The notes under the pieces are model-generated. The model did not search any database. It was not told the origin of the DNA and worked only from the letters and a program-made list of their open reading frames with translations. A program made the position numbers and the translations under genes. From Bacillota bacterium (GTDB taxonomy: Bacteria > Bacillota > Bacilli > Paenibacillales > JBEGSW01), in contig JBEGSW010000060.1 in the NCBI GenBank assembly GCA_041179705.1, positions 8,990 through 72,989 of the forward strand: a stretch of 64,000 bases of DNA, written 5' to 3'. This document shows positions 20,197 to 30,791 of the stretch, in pieces. How positions within the stretch are numbered: the first letter of the stretch is position 1; every line of letters starts with the position of its first letter.

Positions 20197-20230
20197 CCCT
20201 TTGAGCGAATTGTGCTTGAAGGGTTTTTTA
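20197..20230 (+). terminator. Rho-independent terminator after dut
   Basis: CCCTTTGAGC-gaattgt-GCTTGAAGGG (includes G-U pairs) followed by TTTTTT. Confidence 0.65.
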
Positions 20231-20296
20231 TATGTTCACCATTATGTAAAAAAGCACATAAGATGCATCATTAGCACAGAAAGGAAGAGAGCTACG

Positions 20297-21190
20297 ATGC
20301 TGACAGGCAAACAAATTGCGGTCATTGGTGGCGATAATCGTCAATTAGAGATGATTAAAATATTTATTGATTATGATGCATCTGTTAACCTTATCGGGTT
20401 TGAACACTTTGAATCAGATTTACCTGGAATTACGCAAACACATTTGCATACGGACGAATTTCGAAATGTGGATGCCGTTGTATTGCCAGTTGCAGGTATT
20501 CAACAGGATGGAAGTGTAGAATCCATATTTACTGATGAGAAAATTGTACTGAGTCTGAAACAATTTCAACAGCTAGCAAAAAAACCGGTTGTATTTACGG
20601 GGATTGCATCAGATATGCTTCGAAAATGGTGCGAACAATCAGAATTAAAGTTAGTAGAATTATTAGACCGAGATGATGTTGCAATCTATAATTCGATTCC
20701 AACTGTTGAAGGGGCGATTATGCTTGCAATCCAACAGACTGATTTCACGATACATGGATCAAAATGTGTTGTCTTAGGACTTGGTCGTGTAGGATTTTCA
20801 ATGGCTAAAGCATTAAAAGGATTAGGTGCGATTGTTGAAGTGGGAGTGCGTAAAAATGAACATTTTGCAAGAGCATATGAATTGGGATTAGCGCCGTTTT
20901 ATATGAATGATCTGGAGTCGAGAATAAAGGATGCGGATATTATCTTTAATACAGTGCCCGCATTAATTTTAACTGCTGATGTAATTGTACAATTACGAAA
21001 GACTGCTCTGATTATAGATCTTGCTTCGAAACCTGGTGGTACGGATTTCCGCTTCGCGGATAAACGAGGCATAAAGTCGATTCTTGCATTAGGGTTACCG
21101 GGTAAAGTAGCTGCAAAGACGGCTGGACGTATATTAGCAAATGTCATCGTGACGCAATTGCAAAGTTCGCAAACCAAAGGGGGCGGATGA
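20297..21190 (+). CDS. dpaA: Dipicolinate synthase subunit A
   Basis: MLTGKQIAVIGGDNRQ..., Rossmann motif VLGLGRVGFSMA. ATG after AAGGAAGAGAG. The ORF-track start at 20201 overlaps the dut terminator. Confidence 0.9.
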   Translation: MLTGKQIAVIGGDNRQLEMIKIFIDYDASVNLIGFEHFESDLPGITQTHLHTDEFRNVDAVVLPVAGIQQDGSVESIFTDEKIVLSLKQFQQLAKKPVVFTGIASDMLRKWCEQSELKLVELLDRDDVAIYNSIPTVEGAIMLAIQQTDFTIHGSKCVVLGLGRVGFSMAKALKGLGAIVEVGVRKNEHFARAYELGLAPFYMNDLESRIKDADIIFNTVPALILTADVIVQLRKTALIIDLASKPGGTDFRFADKRGIKSILALGLPGKVAAKTAGRILANVIVTQLQSSQTKGGG

Positions 21191-21769
21191 ATGAATTGGA
21201 ATGGTGTAACAGTCGGATTTGGAATAACAGGTTCACATTGTACAATTGCGGAAGTTATGCCTCAAATTGAACGATTTGTAAATGCAGGTGCGAATGTCGT
21301 TCCAATCATTTCAAATACAATTCTTACGACAGATACACGCTTTGGAAGCGCTATAGATTGGCAAAAACAGTTGAAAGATACTACCAGGAATGGTATCATT
21401 GCAACTATCGTAGATGCGGAACCATTAGGGCCAGGAAAGAAGCTTGACATCATGGTAATTGCACCGTGTACGGGCACTTCGACAAGTAAATTGGCGAATG
21501 CAATCACGGATAGTGCAGTTTTGATGGCAACCAAAGCACAAATGCGCAATCAAAGACCGGTCGTCATTGCTATTTCGACAAATGATGGGCTTGGTTTGAA
21601 CGCGGCAAATATTGCTAAACTTTTGTCTGCGAAACATGTCTATTTTGTTCCTTTTGGGCAGGATGATCCTTTGCGGAAACCTAATTCGTTAGTAGCTCGA
21701 ATGGATTTGATTATGGAAACTTGTGAAGCTGCATTACAAGGGAAGCAATTGCAGCCTTTACTTATTTGA
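21191..21769 (+). CDS. dpaB: Dipicolinate synthase subunit B (flavoprotein)
   Basis: 192 aa, GITGSHCT..., immediately follows dpaA. Confidence 0.9.
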   Translation: MNWNGVTVGFGITGSHCTIAEVMPQIERFVNAGANVVPIISNTILTTDTRFGSAIDWQKQLKDTTRNGIIATIVDAEPLGPGKKLDIMVIAPCTGTSTSKLANAITDSAVLMATKAQMRNQRPVVIAISTNDGLGLNAANIAKLLSAKHVYFVPFGQDDPLRKPNSLVARMDLIMETCEAALQGKQLQPLLI

Positions 21770-21799
21770 GAAATTTCAAGATTTGGAGGAAATGGATTA

Positions 21800-22834
21800 A
21801 TGTCTGAACAAAAATTATTTAACGTAGCTGTATTAGGAGCAACAGGAGCGGTTGGTGAGCAAATCACTAAACTTCTTGAAGAACGTAATTTTCCGATTAA
21901 ACAATTGAAATTATTGTCTTCTGCGCGCTCTGCTGGGAAGAAAGTTGCTTTCAAAGGTGGCACTGTTGTCGTCGAAGAAGCTAAACCAGAAAGCTTTGAA
22001 GGTGTAGATATTGCGTTGTTTAGTGCGGGTGGAGATATCAGTAAAGCTATGGCTCCTGAAGCAGTATCGCGTGGGGCAATTGTAATTGATAATACAAACG
22101 CATTCCGCATGGATCCAGAAACACCGCTGGTTGTTCCAGAAGTTAATATCGATCATTTGAACGGACACAAAGGAATTATTGCAAACCCGAATTGTTCAAC
22201 AATTCAGATGGTTGCAGCGTTGAAGCCTCTTTACGATCGATTTGGCATCTCAAAGATTATTGTTTCCACGTATCAAGCTGTATCTGGTGCGGGTAGCTTA
22301 GCAATCGAGGAGACGCTTCGTCAAGTTAAAGAAGTTGTTGAAGGTCGTGTCGTTGAACCGCAAATTTTACCAGTTGGTAGTTTGCCGAAGAAACATCAAA
22401 TCGCTTTCAATGCGATCCCTCAAATTGATAAGTTCCAAGAGAATGGTTTCACCCTGGAAGAAATGAAAATGATTAACGAGACGAAGAAAATCATGGGTGA
22501 TGATTCCATTCAAGTAACTGCTACTTGTGTGCGTATTCCTGTTGTAAATGGTCACTCGGAGTCAGTGTATGTTGAACTTAAGAATGACTTTGATTTAGAA
22601 GAAGTTCGTAACTTGTTGGCGAATGCACCTGGTATCGTATTACAAGATAATACTGCTGTGCAGGAATATCCATTAGCTACTGAAGCAACTGGTAAATTAG
22701 ATGTATTTGTTGGCCGACTACGTAGAGATTTAAATAATCCTCGTGCACTTAATATGTGGATTGTTTCAGATAACCTATTAAAAGGTGCAGCCTGGAATGC
22801 AGTTCAAATTGCAGAACATATTGCTAAAGCTTAA
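21800..22834 (+). CDS. asd: Aspartate-semialdehyde dehydrogenase
   Basis: VLGATGAVG, active-site NPNCSTI, 344 aa. Confidence 0.96.
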   Translation: MSEQKLFNVAVLGATGAVGEQITKLLEERNFPIKQLKLLSSARSAGKKVAFKGGTVVVEEAKPESFEGVDIALFSAGGDISKAMAPEAVSRGAIVIDNTNAFRMDPETPLVVPEVNIDHLNGHKGIIANPNCSTIQMVAALKPLYDRFGISKIIVSTYQAVSGAGSLAIEETLRQVKEVVEGRVVEPQILPVGSLPKKHQIAFNAIPQIDKFQENGFTLEEMKMINETKKIMGDDSIQVTATCVRIPVVNGHSESVYVELKNDFDLEEVRNLLANAPGIVLQDNTAVQEYPLATEATGKLDVFVGRLRRDLNNPRALNMWIVSDNLLKGAAWNAVQIAEHIAKA

Positions 22835-22866
22835 ATTGTTATAAAGCATCCTTAGGGGGAAATTTC

Positions 22867-23733
22867 GTGGATTTCGGAAGAATTCTAACTGCAATGGTTA
22901 CTCCATTCGATGAGAACTTACAAATCGATTGGGAGCAAACGGGTAAGTTAGTTGACTATTTAATTGAAGAGCAATTGTCTGATGGGATTGTTGTTAGTGG
23001 AACAACAGGGGAATCTCCAACTTTAACGGATGAAGAGAAGATTGATCTTATTTCGTTCGTAGTTAAACGTGCGAATGGAAGATGTAAAGTTATTGCAGGA
23101 ACAGGAAGTAACCATACTGATCACGTCATGTGGCTAAGTCAGGAAGCTGAAAAGTTAGGTGCAGATGGATTGTTATTGGTCGCGCCTTATTATAATCGTC
23201 CAACACAGGCTGGCATTATTGGTCATTTCAAGGCGGTTGCTGCTGTAACGAAATTACCAATCATTCTCTATAATATTCCTCGTCGTACAGGCGTGAATAT
23301 GGATGCGAAGACTACACTTGAACTAGCACACACAGTTCCGAATATTGTTGCGATTAAAGAAAGTAATGATATGGAACAAATTACGACAATTATAGCCAAT
23401 GCACCAGAGGGCTTCCTGGTTTATTCAGGTGATGACTCTACTGCGTTACCTTTAATGGCATGTGGTGGGCATGGTGTTGTCAGTGTAGCTAGTCATTTAA
23501 TTGGTAAACCGATCCGAAATATGATAGAAGCTTATCTTTCTGGTAATATTAAAGAAGCAGCGAAACTACAACAAAAATTAATGCCAATCTTTACGGGGTT
23601 GTTTATTTGTCCGAACCCTGTCCCAGTTAAACATGCATTAAATTTAAAGGGACATCAAGTTGGAGGCGTTCGTTTGCCACTCGTTGAAGCAAATGATGCT
23701 GAGAAGGAACAAATTCGTCGATTGTTTGAATAA
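22867..23733 (+). CDS. dapA: 4-hydroxy-tetrahydrodipicolinate synthase
   Basis: 288 aa, TAMVTPF, SGTTGESPTL, YYNRP, AIKES. GTG start after AGGGGGA. Confidence 0.95.
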   Translation: MDFGRILTAMVTPFDENLQIDWEQTGKLVDYLIEEQLSDGIVVSGTTGESPTLTDEEKIDLISFVVKRANGRCKVIAGTGSNHTDHVMWLSQEAEKLGADGLLLVAPYYNRPTQAGIIGHFKAVAAVTKLPIILYNIPRRTGVNMDAKTTLELAHTVPNIVAIKESNDMEQITTIIANAPEGFLVYSGDDSTALPLMACGGHGVVSVASHLIGKPIRNMIEAYLSGNIKEAAKLQQKLMPIFTGLFICPNPVPVKHALNLKGHQVGGVRLPLVEANDAEKEQIRRLFE

Positions 23734-23743
23734 TTATTCAATT

Positions 23744-23772
23744 AACCGATGCATGTGCATCGGTTTTAATTT
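23744..23772 (+). terminator. Rho-independent terminator after dapA
   Basis: AACCGATGCA-tg-TGCATCGGTT perfect inverted repeat, then a T-rich tail. Confidence 0.75.
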
Positions 23773-23815
23773 GTTTATTTTTTTCACATTATAATAATAA
23801 AAAGGAGGATATACG

Positions 23816-25486
23816 TTGAGTAAAAAAACAGATAAATTATTAGTTTTTGCCCTGGGCGGTGTAGGCGAAATTGGTAAAAATATGTACGTTGTTCAATATG
23901 GTGACGATATTGTAGTTATCGATTCAGGTTTGAAATTCCCTGAAGAAGATATGCTCGGAATTGATATTGTTATTCCGGACATTACATATTTAGTTGAGAA
24001 CAAAGAAAAAGTTCGAGGTATATTGATAACACATGGACATGAAGATCACATTGGGGGTCTACCATATGTACTACGCAACTTGAATGTACCACTATATGCT
24101 ACAAAATTAACACTTGGGTTAATTGAAAATAAATTGCGTGAAGCAAATTTATTGGGTGAAACGAAACGGATATTAATTAATGATGATTCGGTAATTAAAA
24201 TGGGAAGTATGACAGCATCTTTCTTCCGTACAAATCACAGTATTCCTGATTGTGTAGGTGTATGTTTAGACACACCGGAGGGTGTAGTCGTTCATACAGG
24301 TGACTTTAAATTTGACTACACACCAGTGGATAATCAGTATGCGGACTTATCCCGTATGGGTGAAATTGGTGCAAGAGGCGTTAAAGTATTACTTTCTGAT
24401 AGTACAAATGCAGAGCGCCCTGGATTCACACCATCTGAGCGCGTTGTTGGACATGCTTTAAAGGAACAATTTAGAAATGCAAAGCAACGCGTTGTAGTTG
24501 CGACCTTTGCTTCTAACATCCATCGTATCCAACAAGTAATTGATGCTGCCATTTATACGGACCGCAAAGTAGCGGTTGTTGGTCGCAGTATGGTTAATGT
24601 CGTTAATATTGCTGGAGAGCTTGGCTATCTAGATATTCCTGAAGGATTACTCATTGAAACGGAAGAAGTAAACCGCTTAGCTGCTGATCGTGTTGCGATT
24701 TTATCGACGGGTAGTCAAGGTGAACCAATGTCTGCATTGACTCGAATGGCACGTTCGACACACAAGAAGGTCGACATTTTACCAGGAGATACAGTAATTA
24801 TTGCTGCAACACCAATTCCTGGTAACGAACGTTATGTTGGCAGAACAGTTGATGAATTATTCCGCTTAGGTGCCAATGTAATTTATGGTGGTACCAATTC
24901 GGGCGTTCACGTTTCGGGTCATGGTAGTCAAGAAGAATTGAAATTAATGCTTGGTTTAATGAAACCTGAATATTTCATCCCAATTCATGGTGAATATCGG
25001 ATGCAATGGAAACATGCACAGTTAGCTGAAGGTACTGGCGTTGATCCAGACAAGATTTTCATTTTAAACAATGGTGACACTGTAGAAATTTCTAACGGTG
25101 AAGGTCGAAAAGCTGGAAAAGTACAAGCCGGTAACGTCCTTATTGATGGACTTGGTGTAGGAGATGTCGGTAACATTGTATTGAGAGACCGTAAATTGTT
25201 GTCTCAAGATGGTATTTTGCTTGTTGTTGTTACAATCAGTAAACAAGACGGTAAAATTTTGTCTGGACCTGATATTATTTCTCGTGGTTTTGTCTATGTG
25301 CGTGAATCGGAAGGCTTGTTAGAGGAAGCGAACAAGATTGTTACGAATACATTGTCTAAACTTATGAATGAGAATGTAAATGAGTGGGCCTCATTAAAGA
25401 CCCATGTGAAGGACGCGCTTGGTCGCTTCCTATATGAGCAGACGAGAAGACGTCCAATGATTTTACCAATTATCATGGAAGTTTAA
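23816..25486 (+). CDS. rnj: Ribonuclease J
   Basis: 556 aa, metallo-beta-lactamase/beta-CASP, ITHGHEDHIGG. TTG start after AGGAGG. Same locus as B. subtilis rnjB. Confidence 0.93.
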   Translation: MSKKTDKLLVFALGGVGEIGKNMYVVQYGDDIVVIDSGLKFPEEDMLGIDIVIPDITYLVENKEKVRGILITHGHEDHIGGLPYVLRNLNVPLYATKLTLGLIENKLREANLLGETKRILINDDSVIKMGSMTASFFRTNHSIPDCVGVCLDTPEGVVVHTGDFKFDYTPVDNQYADLSRMGEIGARGVKVLLSDSTNAERPGFTPSERVVGHALKEQFRNAKQRVVVATFASNIHRIQQVIDAAIYTDRKVAVVGRSMVNVVNIAGELGYLDIPEGLLIETEEVNRLAADRVAILSTGSQGEPMSALTRMARSTHKKVDILPGDTVIIAATPIPGNERYVGRTVDELFRLGANVIYGGTNSGVHVSGHGSQEELKLMLGLMKPEYFIPIHGEYRMQWKHAQLAEGTGVDPDKIFILNNGDTVEISNGEGRKAGKVQAGNVLIDGLGVGDVGNIVLRDRKLLSQDGILLVVVTISKQDGKILSGPDIISRGFVYVRESEGLLEEANKIVTNTLSKLMNENVNEWASLKTHVKDALGRFLYEQTRRRPMILPIIMEV

Positions 25487-25502
25487 TTATTTATTAACAT
25501 TC

Positions 25503-25540
25503 AAAAGCACGCATTTCATTCGAAGTGCGTGCTTTTTTTG
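25503..25540 (+). terminator. Rho-independent terminator after rnj
   Basis: AAAGCACGCA-tttcattcgaag-TGCGTGCTTT followed by TTTTT. Confidence 0.85.
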
Positions 25541-25571
25541 TTTATGCGAATTAGAAAAATGATGTGATATA

Positions 25572-27995
25572 ATGGAGCTCATGGGGGTGTTCAGTTTGGC
25601 AGCACGACGTAAAAAAAACAACGTAAAATCAACTTTGAAATTTGAAGTTTATGGTATATTAATCATCATTCTTTCTTGGATTAGTTTAGCGGGTCAGGGT
25701 GAATTACCGGGTCTAGGTCCAGTTGGGCGTGCGTTAGGAAATTTATCAACATTATTAACGGGTAAAGTGTATTATATTATGCCTGCAATCGCTATTTATG
25801 TTGCGTTATATATAATGATTAAGCGAACTTGGCCAAATTCATGGTCATTCCGAAAGACAGGTATTTTATTGATTATTCTCGCTTTATTATTACAGTTACA
25901 GATTAATTTAATTGATAAAATTAAAGCGACTGAACCATTTGGTGCAATGGATATCTTGCAACAACCTTTGTCTCATTTTAAGGCATACTTCGCAAATGAG
26001 ATTTCTTCACTTGCCTATAAGAATGGGCTTGGTGGTGGATTATTAGGCGCCGTTTTATATACAATTTCATATGCTTTATTTGATGAGTTGGGTGCGAAGT
26101 TTATCATGATTGGTATGTATGCAATTGGAATAATTTCGATTACAGGTTGGTCCTATGTCGATTTAGCTCGAAAAGCACGCGGTTCTGGTTTAACTGTTTT
26201 CGAATTACTTAAATCGAAATTGGACGGCACTTATCGTCATATTCGTGAATCGCGTGATGAGCGAATTCGTCAAGAAGCATTAAATCAAATGAATGATCAA
26301 ATAAATGAATCAGCGGATGATGACTTCACTCCGGCTCCTAACCGTCCAATGTTTTTTGATTTAAATAATAAGCAATCGTCTGAGACTCCTGTAGATATAG
26401 TAGAGGATTTTCCGAATGTTTCATCTTCGGATGAACCGATTGTTGTGAGGGACTTTTTTGAACAAGTATCCAAAGAAGCAAGTGGTCGTGGAAAGACAAT
26501 TTCGATTACTGAAGAACAGCAAATTGAAGATTTTGAAATAGCATCAGCAGTTCCAACACAACAGAAACCTTATGTTTTACCATCCCTTACATTACTGCAA
26601 TCTCCTAAATCAAAAGGAAGCGCGGCAGGCAGTGATTACATGAATAATGCGCGAAAGCTTGAGACCACACTTGAAAGTTTCGGCGTGAAAGCGAAGGTTG
26701 TTGAGGTTGTTCGGGGTCCTGCAGTTACACGTTACGAAATTCAACCTGATGTTGGTGTTAAGGTTAGTCGCATTGTTTCTCTAACAGATGATATCGCCTT
26801 GGCATTAGCTGCTAAAGATATTCGAATGGAAGCGCCCATTCCTGGAAAAGCTGCTATAGGCATTGAAGTACCGAATACAGAAGTATCTCTAGTGACTTTA
26901 CGAGAAGTTATGGAGACGAGTGCATTCCAAGGTTCCTCTGCGAAACTCAGCGTAGCATTTGGACGAGACATTTCTGGATCACCCATTGTATCTGATTTAG
27001 CCAAAATGCCGCATTTACTTGTAGCCGGAGCAACAGGTTCTGGAAAATCAGTATGTATTAATGGCATCATTACAAGTATTCTATTTAAAGCCAAACCAGA
27101 TGAAGCGAAATTCTTAATGATTGACCCCAAAATGGTTGAATTAAATGTCTACAATGGGATTCCACATTTATTAAGTCCGGTGGTTACTGATCCAAGACGA
27201 GCATCGTTGGCATTAAAAAAAGTGGTTAAAGAAATGGAGAATCGATACGAATTGTTCTCCAAATCTGGGACGCGTAACATTGAAGGCTATAATTCCCATT
27301 TAATCAAGGAAAACCAAAAACCTTTGCCTTTTATCGTAGTTATTGTTGATGAATTGGCAGATTTAATGATGGTAGCTGCTAATGATGTCGAGGATTCCAT
27401 TTGTCGATTGGCTCAAATGGCTCGTGCCGCTGGGATACATTTAATTATTGCAACACAAAGACCATCTGTTGATGTAATTACTGGAGTAATTAAAGCGAAT
27501 ATCCCATCAAGAATTGCTTTTGGTGTTTCTTCACAAGTCGATTCAAGAACGATTCTAGACAGTGCCGGAGCAGAAAAATTACTTGGTCGTGGGGACATGC
27601 TGTTCGTTCCGGTTGGTTCCAACAAACCAACTCGTGTGCAAGGAGCATTCTTGTCAGACCAGGAAGTAGAAGCAGTATGCAATGCTGTTCGTTCCCAAGC
27701 ACAAGCTGAATATCAACCTGAGATGGTCCCTGAATTGGAGCAAGAAGACGAAAATGATGTGGATCCAAATGAGGATGAACTTTTTGATCAGGCTGTTACA
27801 ATCATTTTAGAAGCCAAGCAAGCTTCAGTTTCTTTACTTCAAAGACGGATGCGGATTGGCTATACACGTGCAGCCCGATTGATTGATTATATGGAAGCTA
27901 AAGGTATTATCGGACCATATGAGGGTAGCAAACCAAGAGAAGTATTATATACGCTCGAAGGTTATAGAGGAAGAAATCTAGGTACAAACGAATAA
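25572..27995 (+). CDS. ftsK: DNA translocase FtsK/SpoIIIE
   Basis: N-terminal TM helices, Walker [22 protein letters not shown]-terminal gamma winged helix ([21 protein letters not shown]). Start is uncertain: a TATAAT at 25568-25573 suggests a downstream GTG/TTG (25587/25596) may be used. Confidence 0.93.
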   Translation: MELMGVFSLAARRKKNNVKSTLKFEVYGILIIILSWISLAGQGELPGLGPVGRALGNLSTLLTGKVYYIMPAIAIYVALYIMIKRTWPNSWSFRKTGILLIILALLLQLQINLIDKIKATEPFGAMDILQQPLSHFKAYFANEISSLAYKNGLGGGLLGAVLYTISYALFDELGAKFIMIGMYAIGIISITGWSYVDLARKARGSGLTVFELLKSKLDGTYRHIRESRDERIRQEALNQMNDQINESADDDFTPAPNRPMFFDLNNKQSSETPVDIVEDFPNVSSSDEPIVVRDFFEQVSKEASGRGKTISITEEQQIEDFEIASAVPTQQKPYVLPSLTLLQSPKSKGSAAGSDYMNNARKLETTLESFGVKAKVVEVVRGPAVTRYEIQPDVGVKVSRIVSLTDDIALALAAKDIRMEAPIPGKAAIGIEVPNTEVSLVTLREVMETSAFQGSSAKLSVAFGRDISGSPIVSDLAKMPHLLVAGATGSGKSVCINGIITSILFKAKPDEAKFLMIDPKMVELNVYNGIPHLLSPVVTDPRRASLALKKVVKEMENRYELFSKSGTRNIEGYNSHLIKENQKPLPFIVVIVDELADLMMVAANDVEDSICRLAQMARAAGIHLIIATQRPSVDVITGVIKANIPSRIAFGVSSQVDSRTILDSAGAEKLLGRGDMLFVPVGSNKPTRVQGAFLSDQEVEAVCNAVRSQAQAEYQPEMVPELEQEDENDVDPNEDELFDQAVTIILEAKQASVSLLQRRMRIGYTRAARLIDYMEAKGIIGPYEGSKPREVLYTLEGYRGRNLGTNE

Positions 27996-28019
27996 AAAAA
28001 CACCTTTCTCCTCATACTT
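27990..28019 (+). promoter_or_regulatory. Possible forespore (sigma-G/F-like) promoter for the SleB-like gene
   Basis: GAATA, 18 nt spacer, then CATACTT; resembles GNATA-N17/18-CATNNTA. Weak call. Confidence 0.25.
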
Positions 28020-28059
28020 TATTCACGTTTCTAATGATCTTCATGGAAAGGTGATAATT

Positions 28060-28815
28060 ATGCGAAGAAGAATGTTTTCGATTGTATTCTTGATTATAAT
28101 TGCTTTGTCATCAATGATGCTTATTAGTAATTCGATGCTTAAACAGGAAGATGTATTTGCATTTAGCAAAAATACTTTAAAAATTGGTTCATCAGGTAAT
28201 GACGTGAAAGAACTTCAGGGTCGTCTTGCATACATTGGGTATTTCAAGCGTACTGTTGACGGTCAATTTGGTTATGGAACTTTTCTTTCGCTCAAAAAAT
28301 TTCAAACTGCATTCGGAATGAAAGCCGATGGCGTTGCTGGTGCTAAGACTAAGTTGAAACTTTGGAGTGCGACAAAGGCTTGGAAACCAACTGCAGGTTT
28401 TTATAATTCTACAAAGGTAACTGCTAAATCCGTTGTGCCAGCAAATAACAGATTAGGTTTCTCACAATCAGACATCAGTTTAATGGCAAATGCAGTGCAT
28501 GGTGAAGCACGTGGCGAGCCCTATGAAGGTCAAGTTGCTGTCGCAGCCGTTATATTAAATCGTGTTAAGAACAGTAATTTCCCTAAGACGCCTTCAGGTG
28601 TTATTTTTCAACCAGGGGCATTTACTGCTGTATCAGATGGTCAGATCTATTTAACACCAAATGCAACTTCTAAAAGAGCTATTTTAGATGCAATAAATGG
28701 ATGGGATCCAACTGGTGGATGTATTTACTACTTCAATCCTGCAACAGCGACGAATAAATGGATTTGGGGTAGACCACAAATAAAGACAATTGGGAAACAT
28801 ATTTTTTGTATGTAG
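28060..28815 (+). CDS. Cell wall hydrolase, SleB/CwlJ family, with N-terminal peptidoglycan-binding domain
   Basis: Signal/anchor MFSIVFLIIIALSS. PG_binding_1-like GSSGNDVKELQGRLAYIGYF...DGVAGAKT. Hydrolase_2 core HGEARGEPYEGQVAVAAVILNRV...FTAVSDG. Confidence 0.88.
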   Translation: MRRRMFSIVFLIIIALSSMMLISNSMLKQEDVFAFSKNTLKIGSSGNDVKELQGRLAYIGYFKRTVDGQFGYGTFLSLKKFQTAFGMKADGVAGAKTKLKLWSATKAWKPTAGFYNSTKVTAKSVVPANNRLGFSQSDISLMANAVHGEARGEPYEGQVAVAAVILNRVKNSNFPKTPSGVIFQPGAFTAVSDGQIYLTPNATSKRAILDAINGWDPTGGCIYYFNPATATNKWIWGRPQIKTIGKHIFCM

Positions 28816-28829
28816 AGTAGGGGATTTGT

Positions 28830-29579
28830 ATGGATAAGCCATTTTCAAAAATGACTGTTCTAGTCACAGGTGGGAGTCGAGGAATTGGCAGGGCTATTGC
28901 GATTCGGTTTGCTTCCGTTGGTATGAACGTGATCATTAATTACAATACGAATGTAGAAGAAGCTAATGAAACAGCGCGATTATGCATGCAACAGGGTGGG
29001 AAGCCTGTCACATTGGCTGCAAATGTTGCAAATCGTGAAGATGTTATGAGGATGAAAGAGAAACTAGATCGATTACAATTACAACCTGACATTGTTGTCA
29101 ATAATGCTGGAGTTAGTCATTTTGGCTTATTAAGTGACGTAAATGATGAGGATTGGGATCATCTCGTTGGGGTTAATTTGAAAGGAATGTATTTGTGTAG
29201 TCAATTGTTTATGCCGTATATGATTACACAGCGTTACGGTCGATTTATAAATGTTTCATCGATTTGGGGCGAGACAGGTGCTTCTTGTGAAGTACTATAT
29301 TCCATGACTAAAGGTGGGGTAAACGCTTTTACAAAAGCATTAGCAAAGGAATTAGCGCCATCCCAAATTACGGTTAATGCAGTAGCGCCAGGGGTAGTTC
29401 TCACAGATATGATCAGTCCGATAAATGAAAATGACCAACAAAGTCTTAGAGATGAAATTCCAGCTGGACGTTTTGCAAATCCCGACGAGATTGCATCGTT
29501 AGTGTATTTTTTAGCTTTACCCGAATCCTCTTATATTAATGGACAGATTATTAGTCCAAATGGTGGATACGTCACCTAG
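28830..29579 (+). CDS. ymfI: Short-chain dehydrogenase/reductase (YmfI-like, FabG family)
   Basis: TGGSRGIGRAIA, NNAG, catalytic YSMTKGG; syntenic with ymfI. Confidence 0.85.
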   Translation: MDKPFSKMTVLVTGGSRGIGRAIAIRFASVGMNVIINYNTNVEEANETARLCMQQGGKPVTLAANVANREDVMRMKEKLDRLQLQPDIVVNNAGVSHFGLLSDVNDEDWDHLVGVNLKGMYLCSQLFMPYMITQRYGRFINVSSIWGETGASCEVLYSMTKGGVNAFTKALAKELAPSQITVNAVAPGVVLTDMISPINENDQQSLRDEIPAGRFANPDEIASLVYFLALPESSYINGQIISPNGGYVT

Positions 29580-29644
29580 GAATATTATTCTATACATTCA
29601 TCCATATTAATAAGGTATCTCATTACAATATGGAGGTGTTTGGT

Positions 29645-29899
29645 GTGACAACTGTTTTAGATACGTTCGATAAATGGAAATCTTTTTTGTCAGATCGTGT
29701 GGCACAAGCAAAAGCTACTGGTATGAGTGATGGCGTACTTACGCAATTAGCTTATCAAGTAGGTGAATTTTTGGATGATAAAGTCGATCCCAAAAATGGT
29801 GAAGAGCGATTGATGAAAGAATTATGGTCCGTTGGTACAGATGAAGAAAAAAAAGTGCTAGCGGCACTAATTGTTAAATTTGTCGAACAAAAAGCATGA
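29645..29899 (+). CDS. ymfJ: DUF3243 family protein (YmfJ-like)
   Basis: ~84 aa with a conserved position. GTG at 29645 follows GGAGGTG (ATG at 29630 is also possible). Confidence 0.75.
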   Translation: MTTVLDTFDKWKSFLSDRVAQAKATGMSDGVLTQLAYQVGEFLDDKVDPKNGEERLMKELWSVGTDEEKKVLAALIVKFVEQKA

Positions 29900-29903
29900 G
29901 ATT

Positions 29904-29936
29904 AACCCTCCATTTGGAGGGTTTTCATATTTTTAG
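29904..29936 (+). terminator. Rho-independent terminator after ymfJ
   Basis: AACCCTCC-attt-GGAGGGTT followed by TTCATATTTTT. Confidence 0.8.
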
Positions 29937-30009
29937 CTTGAAACAAACAATTCAGTTCAATGTTGTTGTATAATTTTAGGGTAGAAAGAGAACAGAAGGA
30001 TGGGAATTT

Positions 30010-30774
30010 ATGATGAATAAGCAATGGTATTTTGAATATACAATTCATAAGAATAGACCGGGATTATTAGGGGATATCGCTTCGTTAATGGGTATGCTAA
30101 ATATCAATATTTTAACAATTAATGGTGTTGATGATTCGACGCGTGGGATGTTAATTCAGTCTAATGATGATGAGAAGATTGAAGTGATGGGAGCCATGCT
30201 ACGAAAGATTGAGAATATCACTGTAAATGCATTACGAACACCTAATTTGGTAGATATTTTAGCCGTTCGACATGGCCGCTTTATTGAACGTGATTTTGCT
30301 GATCGAAGCACTTTCCGATTTACGCGAGATGAATTGGGTTTACTCGTTGATTTTTTAGGCGAAATTTTCAAGGCAGAGGGGAATCAAGTTATTGGTATTC
30401 GAGGAATGCCAAGGGTTGGGAAGACGGAGTCCATTATCGCGGGCAGTGTGAGTGCTAATAAGCGTTGGACGTTTTTGTCCTCAACGATGTTAAGACAGAC
30501 TGTAAGAAGTCAGCTTTCCGATGAAGAATTGAATGCCAATAATGTCTTCATCATTGATGGCATAGTTAGTACCATTCGTTCAAATGAAAAGCACTATTCA
30601 TTGTTACAGGAAATCATGGACTTACCTTCTACGAAAGTAATTGAACATCCAGACATGTTTGTACGTGAGTCTGAGTATGATTACTCGATTTTTGATTACA
30701 TTATAGAGTTAAGAACTACACCTGAGGAAGAAATTACATTGGATTCGATTGTCACACCTTATAATGAATTATAA
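30010..30774 (+). CDS. ymfK: DUF3388 family protein (YmfK-like): ACT-like N-domain plus P-loop
   Basis: N-terminal HKNRPGLLGDIASLMGMLNINILTING (ACT-like), then Walker-A-like GMPRVGKTES. Confidence 0.8.
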   Translation: MMNKQWYFEYTIHKNRPGLLGDIASLMGMLNINILTINGVDDSTRGMLIQSNDDEKIEVMGAMLRKIENITVNALRTPNLVDILAVRHGRFIERDFADRSTFRFTRDELGLLVDFLGEIFKAEGNQVIGIRGMPRVGKTESIIAGSVSANKRWTFLSSTMLRQTVRSQLSDEELNANNVFIIDGIVSTIRSNEKHYSLLQEIMDLPSTKVIEHPDMFVRESEYDYSIFDYIIELRTTPEEEITLDSIVTPYNEL

Positions 30775-30791
30775 TCGGAGGTATTCCATTT

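Noticed and set aside
20230-20296. Possible sigma-K promoter (CATAAGATG) upstream of dpaA.
   Set aside because: It is only a partial match to CATA---TA, and I could not fix a -35 AC element at the right spacing, so it is not reported as a feature.
21640-22110. 156-aa minus-strand ORF.
   Set aside because: It is antisense to dpaB/asd, Ser/Ala/Pro-rich shadow translation, with no start context.
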